Counted from the whole stretch's first letter, positions 12,915 to 26,099 are shown. The stretch: DNA of 63,182 nucleotides, filler included, from Choristocarpus tenellus KU-1152 (GCA_964200185.2; 13 parts of 13 records of this genome joined end to end with filler, not necessarily neighbours in it); one strand, 5' to 3'. The notes: generated by a model not told the origin, from the letters alone. Program-made: numbers and translations.

Positions 12915-13175
12915 GAGTATCTTTCTTAGAGGGTAGAGCCGCATCCATTTGGGGACCGAAATCCAATGTTGATATTTTGATGTGGTTTGGGCTACCGTGT
13001 TTGTTAGGAAGTGCCAATATCCTTGTTCTGGACACACGTTTTCATAACATACACACTTTACCTGCTCCAAACCATTTTTTGGATTAGGTAAAATGTCTTT
13101 AAAAACCCCGTGGGAAGTCAAGTCCCAAATGGACCAAACGAGGCGAAACTCGTACCCTCTGAGATACTTTCACCC
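12915..13175 (-). mobile_element. MITE family A (~255 bp, 23-bp TIR), left TIR truncated
   Basis: Same internal sequence as the other copies; flanked by an 18-bp near-perfect duplication. Confidence 0.9.
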
Positions 13176-13670
13176 TCACCAAATCAGAGTATCGGAAACC
13201 GGGGGGATTTCGACACCCGCCAATCCTGACAAGTACACCGGAAAAGTCGACCAATCCTGACGACTGACTGACTGTCGCAGCGAGAGACACAACTAAAAAA
13301 AATAAAGTAAAGTGTGCTGGATGGCTTTTGGCGAGAAACGCACGCCAAAATCGGTTGGGATCACTACTGCTTTATTTATTTTTAATCGCGCTGTGATAAC
13401 ACTGCGGCACAATTTTCCTCCGTTACCTCTTGGAGTCACGACGAGAAAGTTCTTGAGACGCATTTCTTACACAGTTACACAGTTACACAAGTGGGATGAT
13501 AACGCTGCAATAACGCTACAATAGTAATGTGTACACTTGCAAGGGACATGAAAGCAAGCTCGTGCCCATCTTTGCCCACTGCTTTGGGGGAGTACGTGAA
13601 GCGAGATGGGCGCAACCGCGATAACAATTATACAGTTCTACATAGTGCCAAGCGTGAGTGGACATCTCAC

Positions 13671-14823
13671 CTCGTTCAAGGGAAACTCCGACTGCGTCCC
13701 TGGGAGACTTCTGGCGGTTTCAAGCCACCTGTCCACTGTAGTCCACATCACGGGCGTGAGAGGGGAGCCAGCGCTACGAGGCCTCTGTTGGTGGAGAACA
13801 GCCAATTGGCTCTGCCAGTGTTGATGCATTGTATGGAGTGGTACAATGTGGTTTCCCATTATAATTGAGGGTGAGCGTGGGGGTACTTGAAGAAGCAAGG
13901 AGTCGGGAGTCCCTTCAGGAAAGGGGTTAACATGGGTAATGGCCTGGGACTTTGAAGTGTGAGAAGGGATTACGGATAACTGGTGATCGGACGGTACCAC
14001 GAGGAATGCAAGATTGTGCTGTGAAGGTATTAGAAGGATGGGGTGGAATGGATTAGAGATGTGAATGATGGGGATTCTATTCTTTGGAGTATCGTGCAGT
14101 GGATGGCCAGGGGTTTGAAGTACTTACTACTTCTACTCTTGGGATTGGTTGGTGGGGATATAGGGGAGTGGTTACACACTTCAGAGACTTAAAGTATAGT
14201 GAATCGATAGCAGCTTATAAGCAATTGTTGCTTGGATGCAAATTGAAGATTGAAACTGAGCAAATGTAGGTTGTGATGTGTGTGGAACGGAGGATCGACT
14301 CGGGTACTCACTGCAATTGCTGCTGGGACATCATATGGGCTTGTCTGCAGCAGCTCTTCGGGCCTTGCAGCCCTGGCGTCCAGGAGTTCTTCAACCCTGC
14401 CAGCAAAAGGAAGTAAGAAAGGTTAACCAAGATTGAGCCGACTGTGTCGTACAGGGCATAAACTCTTTTTTAGAGGATGGTGTTTAGGTATCTCCCTGTA
14501 TCTCAGCCCGGTTCTCATGGAGGGAAAAGAAGAAAACACCACCATGTAAATTCAACAAAGACAACGGAAATGGACTTAGGTGTGTGGTGTCGGTTGGTTC
14601 CACTATGCTTTCGTGGGTTAGGGAGATGGTTTGCTTGGCAACGAGGGAGAGAGCGCGAACACGAAGGGAAAAGCTTCTTGAGTTTGAAGCGCATCTCAAC
14701 ATCGAAGTGTTTGGGTTGTGAACGTTTTCCGTTTTTTTCGTGTTTAATTAGACGTTTCAGGGAAGAGGAACCCAAAAGGGTCTTCCTTACCTTACCAATC
14801 GAGATTGCGAAAGGACGTCCCCA
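13671..14823 (-). CDS. Unknown multi-exon gene, internal exons 14791-14823, 14312-14396, 13671-14018; probable further exons ~13180-13292 and ~12457-12518
   Basis: Canonical AG/GT sites with compatible phases giving GDVLSQSRLVRVEELLDARAARPEELLQTSPYDVPAAIA-HNLAFLVVPSDHQ...SEFPLNE; no domain recognised. Confidence 0.6.
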
Positions 14824-15577
14824 CTAAAATAAATGATGGTATGGAGAGATGGGAACGGACACAAATCTATCATCTTACTAATAATGTACTTTTTATGGGG
14901 GGGGGGGTCAAAACGGTTACGACTCCAGTACCGTTTTTCTAGTTATAATTTCAGAATTATTATTNNNNNNNNNNNNNNNNNNNNNNNNNNNNNNNNNNNN
15001 NNNNNNNNTTAATTAATTAANNNNNNNNNNNNNNNNNNNNNNNNNNNNNNNNNNNNNNNNNNNNCCCCCCAAGATACTTTGACCCCCTAGCCTCAGGAAA
15101 ATTCAGGAGTTGACCACCTGGCTGCTGCTGGAATGATCCTAGAGGACCAATAGACATCGGGAGCCCCAAGGTGAAGACCCCAAATCCCACCAGGAACAGG
15201 CTGCAGCTCTCGATCAACATTTTGGTGGTATCTCTAAGGGGGTGAGTATTCTCCTGCCACAACCCAGATCTCTGAGACGGGCGAGACGTTCAGGGCACTG
15301 GTTCACAACCATCCCAATGAGAACCTATATGAGCTAAGGTGACCTGTTATGGAAGGTAAGGACAGACTAACAACTGACAGAGGGTCTAGGGAACAATAGT
15401 GTTACAGGCGATATGTCTTGATGGCGGTTTCATAAACTCCATTATGACCTTGAAGTCCTAGATTGTATATATTTGTACTTCTTGACAATTTATCTAATAT
15501 TTGGTCATTATGATGCTTGATGGAGATAAGACATTGTTGACCAGTTCCTTCTTATACAATTATATTGATACTTATGA

Positions 15578-15836
15578 GAGTCAAATTATCTTAGAGGGTA
15601 GGGCCCCGTCCATTTGGGGGGGAAAATCCAATGTTGCGATTTCCATGTAATTTTATCCGTCGTATTTGTTAGGAAGTGTCGGTATCCTTGTTCCGGACAC
15701 ACCATTTCATAATATATACATATTACCTACTCCGAAACATTTTGGAGTAGGCAAAATATCATGAAAACCCCATGAGAAGCCAAGCCCCAAATGGACAAAC
15801 AGGGCAAAACTCGTACCCTCTAAGATACTTTCACTC
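15578..15836 (-). mobile_element. MITE family A
   Basis: GAGTCAAATTATCTTAGAGGGTA...TACCCTCTAAGATACTTTCACTC. Confidence 0.92.
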
Positions 15837-16099
15837 TGGAGGAAATAATCCACGACTTGTGTATGAGGAGTCCTGTACGTGCATCAGTGCCATCTGTAGA
15901 CTTGTGGAGTGGAGCAATGCATCCCGTGGAGGTAAGCTATGAAGCGTGCTGTAACAGGAGCTTGCCTACACCTCCCCGTACTTCTTACCTTCTGAGTATT
16001 AGAAGCTACACACCACCTCCAGACTGCCAGCAATCAAGGAGACGTGCCCCCCACTCGCCAGTAGTCCTTTCTTCAGGAGGGCATGTATTTCAGGCTTCT

Positions 16100-16840
16100 G
16101 TGTGAACTGTCCCTCGTACCTCGAGGAACGTTTTGGAAGTGTGGGACAGTTTGGAGTAAGGGTCCCAAATGGGGTTGAGGGTGCTCTATTGGACACTTAC
16201 ATGATAAACGAGTGTGGCAAATGGATCATTAGCCAGGATGGTAAAAACGTGTTCAACAGTGTGCACTGCTCAGCTTTCATCAAGATCCTCCCCAAGGTCC
16301 TATCAGGAATTCTGCCACATGTAATAAGGTATAAGAGGATACCGTCAACATTATTTTCCCATTATATGGAGAATGGGTGAAGATAATGCCCTTAGGCACA
16401 GGGGCACATCAAGAGATCTCCTTTGACTCCTTGTTCTACTGTATAGCCATAATCAAAGCTTTCCAGCAGGTCCAGTCCACCTTTGGATACCTCGGGGTTT
16501 CCTCCCAGATCTTTCTGTTCTATCAGGAATTCTGCCACATGTAACCAAGGTATAAGAGGATACCGTCAACATTATTTTCCCATTATATGGAGAATGGGAA
16601 AAGATAATGCCCTTAGGCACAGGGGCACATCAAGATATCTCCTTTGACTCCTTGCTCTACTGTATAGCTACAACCAAAGCTTTCCAGCAGGTCCAGTCCA
16701 CCTTTGGATACCTCGGGGTTTCCTCCCAGATCTTTCTGCGTGGTGCATCTATCTTCACAAGGGATATACACTCCATTGTAATTTCTGCTTCTGATCAGCT
16801 GAAAACGGATCAATAAGAGTTGGAGAAAGTATCAAACACA
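16100..16840 (+). mobile_element. CRE-type non-LTR retrotransposon RT fragment, decayed, with an internal ~219-bp tandem duplication (16300-16517 / 16520-16738)
   Basis: GQFGVRVPNGVE...WIISQDGKNVFNSV...GILPHV...GAHQ; homologous to the element at 57441-60410. Confidence 0.8.
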
Positions 16841-17142
16841 GATAAACCTACGCCGCACCACGTCAAGGCCACTATACAAGACCCTCGGAGCTAGGACTCC
16901 TAGCTGCCACGGGAATCAACCTACCTCCGAACCTAAATTATTTTGTCACACTCGGGGTTCTGGTGCCATGAAGGTAAGTATATATGGTCGAACACTATAT
17001 GTGTTGAAATTAGACTTATAAGACTATCACTGATACATTTATCTGATGTAGGCATATTTGTCCTATATTTCTACTCGAGGTGTCACCCCCCAACGCCAAA
17101 AAACAATCCTCACCATCTCATGCCGTCAAGTTGTAAAAATGG

Positions 17143-17179
<37 letters not shown>

Positions 17180-17634
17180 GCATGACGGAGAAGATGGATC
17201 CTGCTCTGTTGAGGATGATATATCTGCCTTTCAATTGGTTGGGCATGCAACAAAGCGTGGGCCTGGGGGAGCACAGTGTTTACTTGTTGCTCATTTCGCT
17301 GCAATACAATTAGTACTCAGTATAATGTGTATTTGTATATTTCTATACAGATATACTTTTCCTGGAGGCTACATTGTATTGCAGTACGTGTTGTACTGAC
17401 TGTACATATATGATGTAGTCCACAAACCATTACGTACAATATGACAGAACAAGCTTAGACTTAATCCCAATCTAGTATACAACTCCGGTGTAGAGTATAC
17501 TACAATTGTGTCTACACTAAAAGTGGAAGTATATCGTACGTCACCAAAGTACATACTTCGAAGTATATCTGTATGTGTTGTATAACTCTGAAGTATACTT
17601 TGCGAAGAATACGACAGGAAATAACCATGTTTGT

Positions 17635-17791
17635 GACCCAAAGTATCCGGGGGGGGGGGGGGGGGGTACCCCAGGGTGTCCATTTGGGCCAAAACCAGGG
17701 AAAGTTCGCTTTCACTATTCATCTGACGTATGGAACCAAAACACCCAAAAATCAAATGGACAGCCGCCACCCCCCCCAGATAGTTTGAGCC
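17635..17791 (+). mobile_element. MITE family B (~160-190 bp), TSD TTGT
   Basis: GACCCAAAGTATCCGGGG...CCCCAGATAGTTTGAGCC flanked by TTGT on both sides. Confidence 0.88.
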
Positions 17792-18759
17792 TTGTGTATG
17801 GATGTTAGAGTATGAGTACAGATGCTCTCTTCAAACACCGCATGGGTACAACATCTATACCACACAATATGACATTGGGCGGTTCAACTTGCCATTCGCA
17901 TAATTACCTACACACACCTTATTACACGTGTTAAGGAACTATTCAGGAGTTATTTCACAAGAAGACACCAATAAGGTCTTCCTAATAGGGACTTCGACAT
18001 CTATCTCTCTGTGCAACCTCTCTTTGAAGGGATTTTCCAAAGAGGTTTTGAAATCCTGACGACTATAGGTTTGGAGTACAATTCACAAGGTCTTTCAAAC
18101 GTGATTATTCTAAATTGTCGAATGATTTATATTAAATCAATGAAGGGGTAGATCCATTCACCCGTCGTGTCTCCAGTTTGAAGTGCATGGCATGAGTAGA
18201 GATTGACACTATTTGTGCTCTGACTGACACAATATGCCACCAGCGTGTCGTCACTACACCACACACACAACGCTTGTTACGTGTTATTATACCCACTGAC
18301 ATTTTGCAGATAATATTTAAGAGGAATGGAAAAAAACGTACTCCAGAGTATAGGGCAAATAATACGACAAACATGACAATAACAGAGTCCGTATTTCTTA
18401 CAAGTTTCATTGTCTGTTTTGAAACAAAGAATGTCGACCTTGTATTTCCTAATTTTCTCGTGATTTCTTTCAAGTCCTTCAATATGCATCCTTCTACTTC
18501 AGTCCATCGTCACTTCCACAATCATTCACCCTATTTGAAATGGGACTGGAATGAAGAAAGTCTTGACATATCCTATGAACACTTGTCCAGAATTCATTAT
18601 TCGAACTGAGTGGTGGTGATGGAAGACTCTTGAACAAATTGTGAGGGTTTGAATCCCACAGATGACAAATCTGTTTCATGATCTCGGTATAATTTTTCGG
18701 AAAGTCTACGTGGCTAGAAACTACAGATTGTATACCCTGTACTTATTCTATCCTGTTAA

Positions 18760-19400
18760 AATTGGTCACATTATGCCACAAAAACGCCGGACCAATAACG
18801 CGTTGGTAAGACTCAATTACTATGACACTGAGTTGGGTCCACAACAAGATTTGACAGAGGAGGTATGGAGCGATGAGCATTTGAACCCAATGTGTAAGAA
18901 CCAAGGCACGAACATGGGTAGTACAATAAGTCGACTTTGTGCAAGAGTTGTAGCAACTAGTATGAGAAGTTGTGCAGTGTGTAATGCTTCTGACCATGAG
19001 TTAGAATAGTCTCCAAAATTAAAGTGAACCAGGAACTAGTCAGCCACTCAGAGTTAGTCAGATACCCGTTTACATTGTCCACATCCATATCGTGGGGGGT
19101 CTCTGTAATTGCATGTCTCCCCTAAAAAACGCACAAAAATATGGAAACGGCACTCCATTCTGTCCTCCTCCTGATCCAGTGCCTCCACTAATATTATTAA
19201 CCACAAGCACAGAGTTACGTGCTTAATGTTAATTGCCCCCTTTCCTGTAAGTTCTAAGAGAACGAGGCATGGTCGGTATAGTGTGCCAAAAGGGGAAAAG
19301 AGTGTGGAAATGTATTCAATATGCTCAGGTTGAACCCATATTACATGAACAAGTAAGGTGTCACTATTCAACCTGTGCAAAAAAGCGTTCTGGGTGGTGG
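18760..19400 (+). pseudogene. Possible gypsy gag/protease remnant
   Basis: CAVCNASDHELE knuckle-like motif and a degenerate xSG(S)TH protease-like motif; many stops. Confidence 0.3.
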
Positions 19401-19658
19401 TTGGCAATCACAGGAGAAAGAACAAACCCTAGCCTGGCATTCAGGTAGTATCTGCCTAAAATGCTGTCAAAGGAGGTGTAATTGAAGACTGCATTGAGTC
19501 TCTCTCAGCAAGAGTACGAAGATGGTACTGCTGAGATCACCTCTGAAAAAGAGGAGGAACACGAGGAGTTATAACTCCAAGGTCCATTTGCAGAGTAGGT
19601 CGCAGGGGAGGGCAGATTTCAAACGGCTGGAGGTAAAGGATGATTTGAGGACTTGGAG

Positions 19659-20284
19659 GAGTGAAAGTATTTATAGAGTGTACAAGTTTTACCCTGTTTT
19701 CCGTTTGGAGCTTGGCTTCCCAAGTTTTTTTTAATGATATTTTGCTAGTCTGAAATGTTTTGGAGTAGGTGAAATGTATACATTATATGGAACAAGGATA
19801 TTGACACTTCCTAACTAACATAATGGCCAATTTTTTTCGTAGATAGTGCTACTGATACATTATAGACACCACCGGTGGATTAGATAATAGGATGGAGAGC
19901 CAGCGATAGATATACCATACATATTGACTGACTAATGTCCATTGATTTATGTAAGTTCAAGATATACTTGCTATACTGAAGACAAGTTAAATAGGTGATT
20001 CATCGTAATTTAGTGTGGACGATTGTAAACCCCACACTGTAGGAGTAGTAATGATAGTCTAGGCTGGTCTCACCAAACCTATTCAGTCAGCGGAGTCGAG
20101 ACCATAAGCCTCTTGTAACACTAATATTGCATATCTACATTATTAAGCTATTCATTGTCCTTCATCAATGCACCAAAGCCGCGGGTCCAGTGTGGAATAT
20201 TTCAACTAAAGTTACATCAAAATCGCAACATTGGATTTTGGTTCCCAAACGGACGCGGCTCTACTCTCTAATATGCTTTGACTA
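19659..20284 (+). mobile_element. MITE family A split by an inserted LTR-like family 2 segment (~19836-20207)
   Basis: MITE 5' part ends ...atggccaa at ~19830 and resumes at ...ttacatcaaaatcgcaac ~20210. Confidence 0.8.
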
Positions 20285-20867
20285 AGAGGAAGCTCGTGAA
20301 AGTACAAACGGAAAAGACAGGGGCTATTTTAGTGAATAGTGGTGTCCTGGTCGTAGCCATGCTATATTGGATTTGTATCAGAACAGAAGATGCAGGGAAA
20401 AAAACATATTGTTAAGACGCAGGAGGATGCCCGAAAGACTCTCCTCTTAACTACTTGTGTGTTCGAGGTAATGACTGATCAAAACAGTCCTTAGTGGGGT
20501 AGCTGAATGTAAGTTGAAGTGGCAGACGTAATAAAATACGCGAATTTCCATCGTTTAGGTGTTTATTTGCCAATTTTTCAAACATGAAGAAGTCGTAGAA
20601 TCAAATGACGAACCAGCAAGATTACACCAATAATACAACAAAAACCTTCCCTGTGATTGGTATAGTTGTTGTTAATGAACAAAGGCTATGCTTGTATCGC
20701 CTATGAACTAAATGAAAATTACGCATAATTTCGTGCACACAATGTTGCAACCCGAGACCAGTGTCGAGATCAGAGGCCATGACATGTACCGGAATAAGGT
20801 CCATTTCAATGGATTTCTGGGTCAGTGCAATATGTGTATAAATTATGCCGTCAGATTTTGAGATTCA

Positions 20868-21121
20868 GAGTGAAAGTATCTTAGAGGGTATGAATTTTTC
20901 CCTTTTTGTCCGTTTGGGGCTTGGCTTCCCACGTTTAAAAAAAAATGACATTTCCCTACTCCGAAATGTTTCAGAGTAGGTAAAATGTATACGTTATGAA
21001 AAGGTGTGTTCGGATATTGACACTCCCTAACAAACACGATAGCCAAAATTACATCAAAATCGCAACATTGGAACTTGACCCCCAAACGGACGCAGCTCTA
21101 CCCTCTAAGATACTTTGACTC
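20868..21121 (+). mobile_element. MITE family A, TSD TTCA
   Basis: Both TIRs intact; TTCA on both flanks. Confidence 0.93.
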
Positions 21122-21549
21122 TTCACTGACATGCATGTGTTCCCAAAGAACTGTGCATCTGGTTCTGGGACAAGGAGGTGGGCTGCAAACACCCAATGTA
21201 ACTTTGCCTATAACTAGACCTGTCACTGGCAGCAGACATGAATGCTGGAAGGGTAAGAATACTGTAAATATTTCCCTACCCTGTCATAATGTAATGGTGG
21301 AGCTCTTGTACTGTTGTCACGTGACGCAGCCTTCCCCAGTGCCTGCTTTCGAGATTGCACGGTAAGTAAAGGGTTAAAGAAGTCCCTTTGCTCAAGCAGC
21401 AGTATTTGCACTGAGTCCTCGGCATCTAATACGACAACACAACCTTTGCAGGGTCTGTGAGTCTTGGGTAGTACAAAACACAAAATACCAACAAACCGAT
21501 CGAGCAGAGGGGGGAGGGTGTGTGTGGGAATGAAAAATCTCAGGATTTA

Positions 21550-22020
21550 AACCGTCGGGTATGCCTCTAGCATCAGAGGCTCACACCTGAGGCATAGGTG
21601 AGTCTGTGCCACATACAAGCATGCATCGCATTTTGGTGAGCAGTGTTGCCCGTGTTGTAATCTGAAGTAGTCACCAATAGGACAGAGGAAGAATTTTGTG
21701 TTAATATTGAAGTCCACAAATCCCCACAGCTGGCAGACCTTGCCAGAGCCCCCTCCACATAGATTATTATTGGTGTGAGCATGCTAACGTATTGCTGCAT
21801 TCGGAATGACCTTGTAACGAAGAGAAATATGTGACATTTCAGGGTACGTTGGATCACTATACATGAGAAACTGTGAGACTCGACTCAACTGTGTATCAGC
21901 CAACCTTTCATTTTGCTGAGATATTTTGAGGAGGTACGTTTGTCTTATACAGACAGAAAAATAGTGTCTCGCAATAGCATAGATATAGGGGACTGGTATA
22001 AAAGGACTCTCCTTCTTCAC
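21550..22020 (-). mobile_element. PIF/Harbinger-type DDE transposase, C-terminal relic
   Basis: YLLKISQ...FLMYSDPTYP (cf. YGDPAYP) and GKVCQLWGFVDFNINTKFFLCPIGDYF...CDACLY...CEP (cf. FGK..QLWAFLDF...K..LSP+G.YY...HACLYG...C.PP); contains a stop. Confidence 0.65.
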
Positions 22021-22269
22021 AACTACGAAGACAAATTAATACAGACACAAAATCACAATAACAACTAAATTGGGTACTGTCATAGCAAGACTCTCCCCCT
22101 TCATAACTATAATCACAAATAATTCTAAACGCTATTGTAATGTCTCATGGTCGTATAGAAATAGGGTATAGTCATAGAAAGACTCTCCCCTCATTGGAAC
22201 CAAATCCAGTAGGGTGTTGTGTCCACTCATCCGTATATACTATGTGACAACCTCCTGGTAGGATCTCCA

Positions 22270-23552
22270 TGTTACAAACGCTCCACAGTTTACCTTATGG
22301 GATATGCAGGTCTAATCCACAAGCCCGTAGGCGGATGAAGAAGTTCGCAGACAACACCTGTGACGTATTAATAGTCAGATAACCAACGAAAATGGTGGTT
22401 ATCAGGTTTACAAATAAATATAGTTTTTCTCAAGTTAAGTGTGCGATAGTGTATCAGGGACTGTGAAAGTGGGCGTGAGCCACGATCGCAGACTGAAAGG
22501 GTTGAGTTTTCAGAAGTCGTTCGTAATACAGCCGAAAACTATGGCTTTATTCTTTAGCTACAGGTTCTACACTGAAACTACAGTGAATCGAACATTCCGG
22601 TTTGGATTGTATGTGCGGATACTTCACTGCTTGCACCGATAAAATAGCACAAGAAGCAGTACATACGCTAATCGCCTGTAGGGAGAGGAAATTTATTGAA
22701 GTATTCGTGTTCGAATCAGACATAGGGATATCACCAATCACAAGCATTGTTGATGTCTTTGTTGAGTTTGGGAAAGTGGGGTTCCTGTGACTATAGCCCT
22801 CTCGTGACCTAAAATTTACGAGAGTTCTTGATAAAATTAATCTACACTATATACAATTGACCTGTACACCCCCTCGTCCAAACAGGTGACTAAGATTATC
22901 CAGAGTTCCTAAGTACGAGATGGAAAAAGCCCTGCAAGAAGTACATCCTTGCAGGCACTTCTATTGACAGCTGATAATTTGAAACTTGATATTTAGCCCT
23001 CGGGTAGACAATATATCAAAGGAGGAAAAGCAAGGCTTTCTCACAGTTGTATTTGATCCTGTCTCCACGATCTCCTTTCCAACCAGAAACGAAAAGTGGT
23101 TGTACGGTTCAACGACCTTGTTTCCCGAGACCTGGAGGTGATGGATATATGGCAAATTCTTGTGGTTCAAAGTTGGATATATGTATAACATTTGAATGTC
23201 TGATAACAAAAGCGCTTCACCACCCTTCCGATTTCTACAAGCATAAACAACAATGAATAATAAGTTACTAATACGAGCACATATATGTTTGATGTATTGT
23301 AGTTGCATCTATAATCAGTAAGTGGTATTGCTAATACACCATAGACACCACTGGAGGAATACGTTAGGAAAGATATATCCAGTTGTGTGTTTTCCATATA
23401 TTTCCAGATTAGATCTACATCCAGTTCAGGCATTGCAGGGACTTAAGAATAGATATCTATTCGTGTATCATATCGGTAGTTGTGATCCAGTGATAGTATT
23501 CTTTTCTGGTCATTGATGTGGACGTTGCAAATCCCACATGACAGTCTACACT
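22270..23552 (+). mobile_element. Decayed LTR-retrotransposon segment (family-1-like end at 22270, possible copia integrase relic, family 2 repeat at ~23295-23552)
   Basis: tgttacaa...ttatgggatatgcag.tc.aatccacaag also at ~54864; weak integrase-like YFTACTD...FESDIG...EF; right part matches 1-200. Confidence 0.4.
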
Positions 23553-23715
23553 TAACAGAGGATTTTCAAAATTGGGGATGGAGCGGGACTACGAGGATGG
23601 TTGTTTTGCGAAAACNNNNNNNNNNNNNNNNNNNNNNNNNNNNNNNNNNNNNNNNNNNNTTAATTAATTAANNNNNNNNNNNNNNNNNNNNNNNNNNNNN
23701 NNNNNNNNNNNNNNN

Positions 23716-25212
23716 CATATATATAGATTTCATTGGTTTCCCCCCTGACACATCTGCAAAATGTCAGAGGGCATAATAATAAAAATACTGTACGCACAAT
23801 TGATATTCCCCCTTTCCACACACGAACTGACACCACAATTTAGTAAAGGTTCTCTCTGCAATTGTACAAAATGGCATTTTGTTGCCCTTTCTTGGGGTCC
23901 TTGAAATGCAAACCTGCCTACCTCTTAGTTGGTTTGACTCAGTTTAGGAAGAGAGGGGTGATCTGTTATTGTTGATATCATCGTTGATCAACAACGGAAC
24001 GTAGTACTCACTGTGTGAAATTACAATATAAAAATCAAGGAAGATCTTCATACAATTTCTTTTTTATTTTTAACGTTTCAAGTAAAGAGTATTTGTACAC
24101 GATTATTCTTTCCTATAGAATCAGAACGTAAGATTTGTATGTAAAGAGATGAGGTGGGGACAGATCAGGGATACACGATTATCTTCCGTCGACGAATATG
24201 TAGGGACAAAGATAATAAAATAATAAATAGGGACAAATAATTCATAGGTGCTGAAGATGGTGAGTGATAAGTACAAATTACATGGTATCGAACGAGTTTA
24301 TATCGACAAAAGGGATTATTTGTACATTACGTACTTCCTATTGTTCAAAGTATACATTCATATTTGTATATTTGTATATTATTATGCCCTCTGACATTTT
24401 GCAGATGTGACAGGGGTTAAACAAATGAAAACTATACATAATATGTCAATATAAGCCATAAAGAATTATAATATCATAAGTGTGAAAAACACTACAAAAC
24501 ACTGTGTACATCATTCAACATTTAGTCGGTAGGCGGTTTGTTGTGGTGAAGTATTTTTGGATAGACATTATTTGTACATCTTCCCCGCTTCTTCAACCTT
24601 CACGTACAAGTAACATACTTCGTCTACAATTTTATGAATCAAAATGAGTTCATGAACATTATTGTGTCCTCTGACACTTTGTAGACGTGTCAGGGGAAAA
24701 GTCACACTGATCCCTGTAAAAGTAACAGTTGTCGTAAACTTCAAAGATACCCCCCTCTAAAAAATCCTGCCAATGCTACAATACTCCCTTAAAGGTTGGC
24801 AATTACAATGCTGTGTGTATACTGTTGCTATGCCTCCAACCTAGCTTAGCCCTACACAAATGGGCGAGGAGCTGGGGAAGCATCATAAGAATCTGACAAG
24901 CCCCTTCTTACCCGTCTGCCTGGTGTCTCTAGGTTGAAACAGGCTCAAAGTACCTAGGGGGGCGGGGTGGCTGTACATTATTCGGGACCATGCCGCGATT
25001 TTTGGGTGGTTTGGTTCCATGTGTCAGATGGATAATGTAAGTGCACTTCTTCTGGTCAGGGAGCAAATGGACACCCTGGTGTAGACCCCCCCCCTCCCCC
25101 CCCAGATACTTAGAGTCAACAAATGACGCATCTTGAGAGAGTCGCTTTTGTGGTGACGGATAGAATTTGTCGTAGACGGGATTTGACAGCTCCTTTCCTG
25201 CTACAAGGTCTA
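23716..25212. mobile_element. Long-TIR foldback-like element (family C), left end cut by contig edge
   Basis: Inverted arms 23718-23790 vs 24375-24440 (cccctgacacatctgcaaaatgtcagagggcataat); 24770-25212 matches the reverse complement of 39194-39452. Confidence 0.65.
24942..25117 (-). mobile_element. MITE family B, TSD AACA, nested in family C
   Basis: GGCTCAAAGTACCTAGGGG...CCCCAGATACTTAGAGTC; AACA on both flanks; empty paralogous site at ~39275-39290. Confidence 0.9.
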
Positions 25213-26099
25213 AAGAGGTCCACCGCAATACAGCACTACAAATAGTGTCTCTTTTGCACTACAAATAGTGTCTCTTTTTCTCGTCCATATGAATACTACA
25301 ATAAAAACGTAGTAAATTAAAAAATAGAACTTTGAAAGTATAATACGATATATGGTGTTATGCTTCAAACTGTATCATCACAGCAGAACCCGTTCCCAGA
25401 AGCAATATAAACACTCTGTTGTAGATTGTTGAGTCTCTTATACTAAGTATGTTTCCCCCCCCCCCGAGAATTGACGACAAAGGGAAAATGACAGTTAGAG
25501 GGGAGTATATAGACATGAAATAATGTGAACAAAAGATATAGGGTACATTTGGAAATATATGCCTTTCTTTGGAGTTTGTGTTTTTTACTTTCTTTTTGTT
25601 GTGTGTAGTGTGTATTACTATGTGGACAAAAAACATCCTACATGAAGGCAGCATTAAATACGGACCATCATATCTTCGTCATCATTCATCATCTGAATCC
25701 CCCAACAGGCTACCACTGCCAGCCACCCTAACTGCATGGCCCCGCCCCAAAAAGATATTATGTCATCATTATCCTACTCTACACCCACGTTAGCATATAT
25801 CCCTTGACATCCTAAATGTGTTCCTGTGGCGCATCAAGCCGAGGTTAGTACACATAAAAACAAAATAACGGACCATGGTAGATGGGGCGATACGTGCGTG
25901 CTTGCCTCCTCCTGTGACTTCCCTGTACGTGCCAATTTCATGGTGGTTAATATTGACTGTCGAATATTGTTCTACCACACCTACTATTTTTACACAAAAA
26001 AAATAACTGAGGAGTTCATTTAATACTGTTTGCAAAGTTGGAGATCATAACTTGCATGAAGAAGTGACCTCCTTACCGACTTGAAGTCTGGCACGCTGG

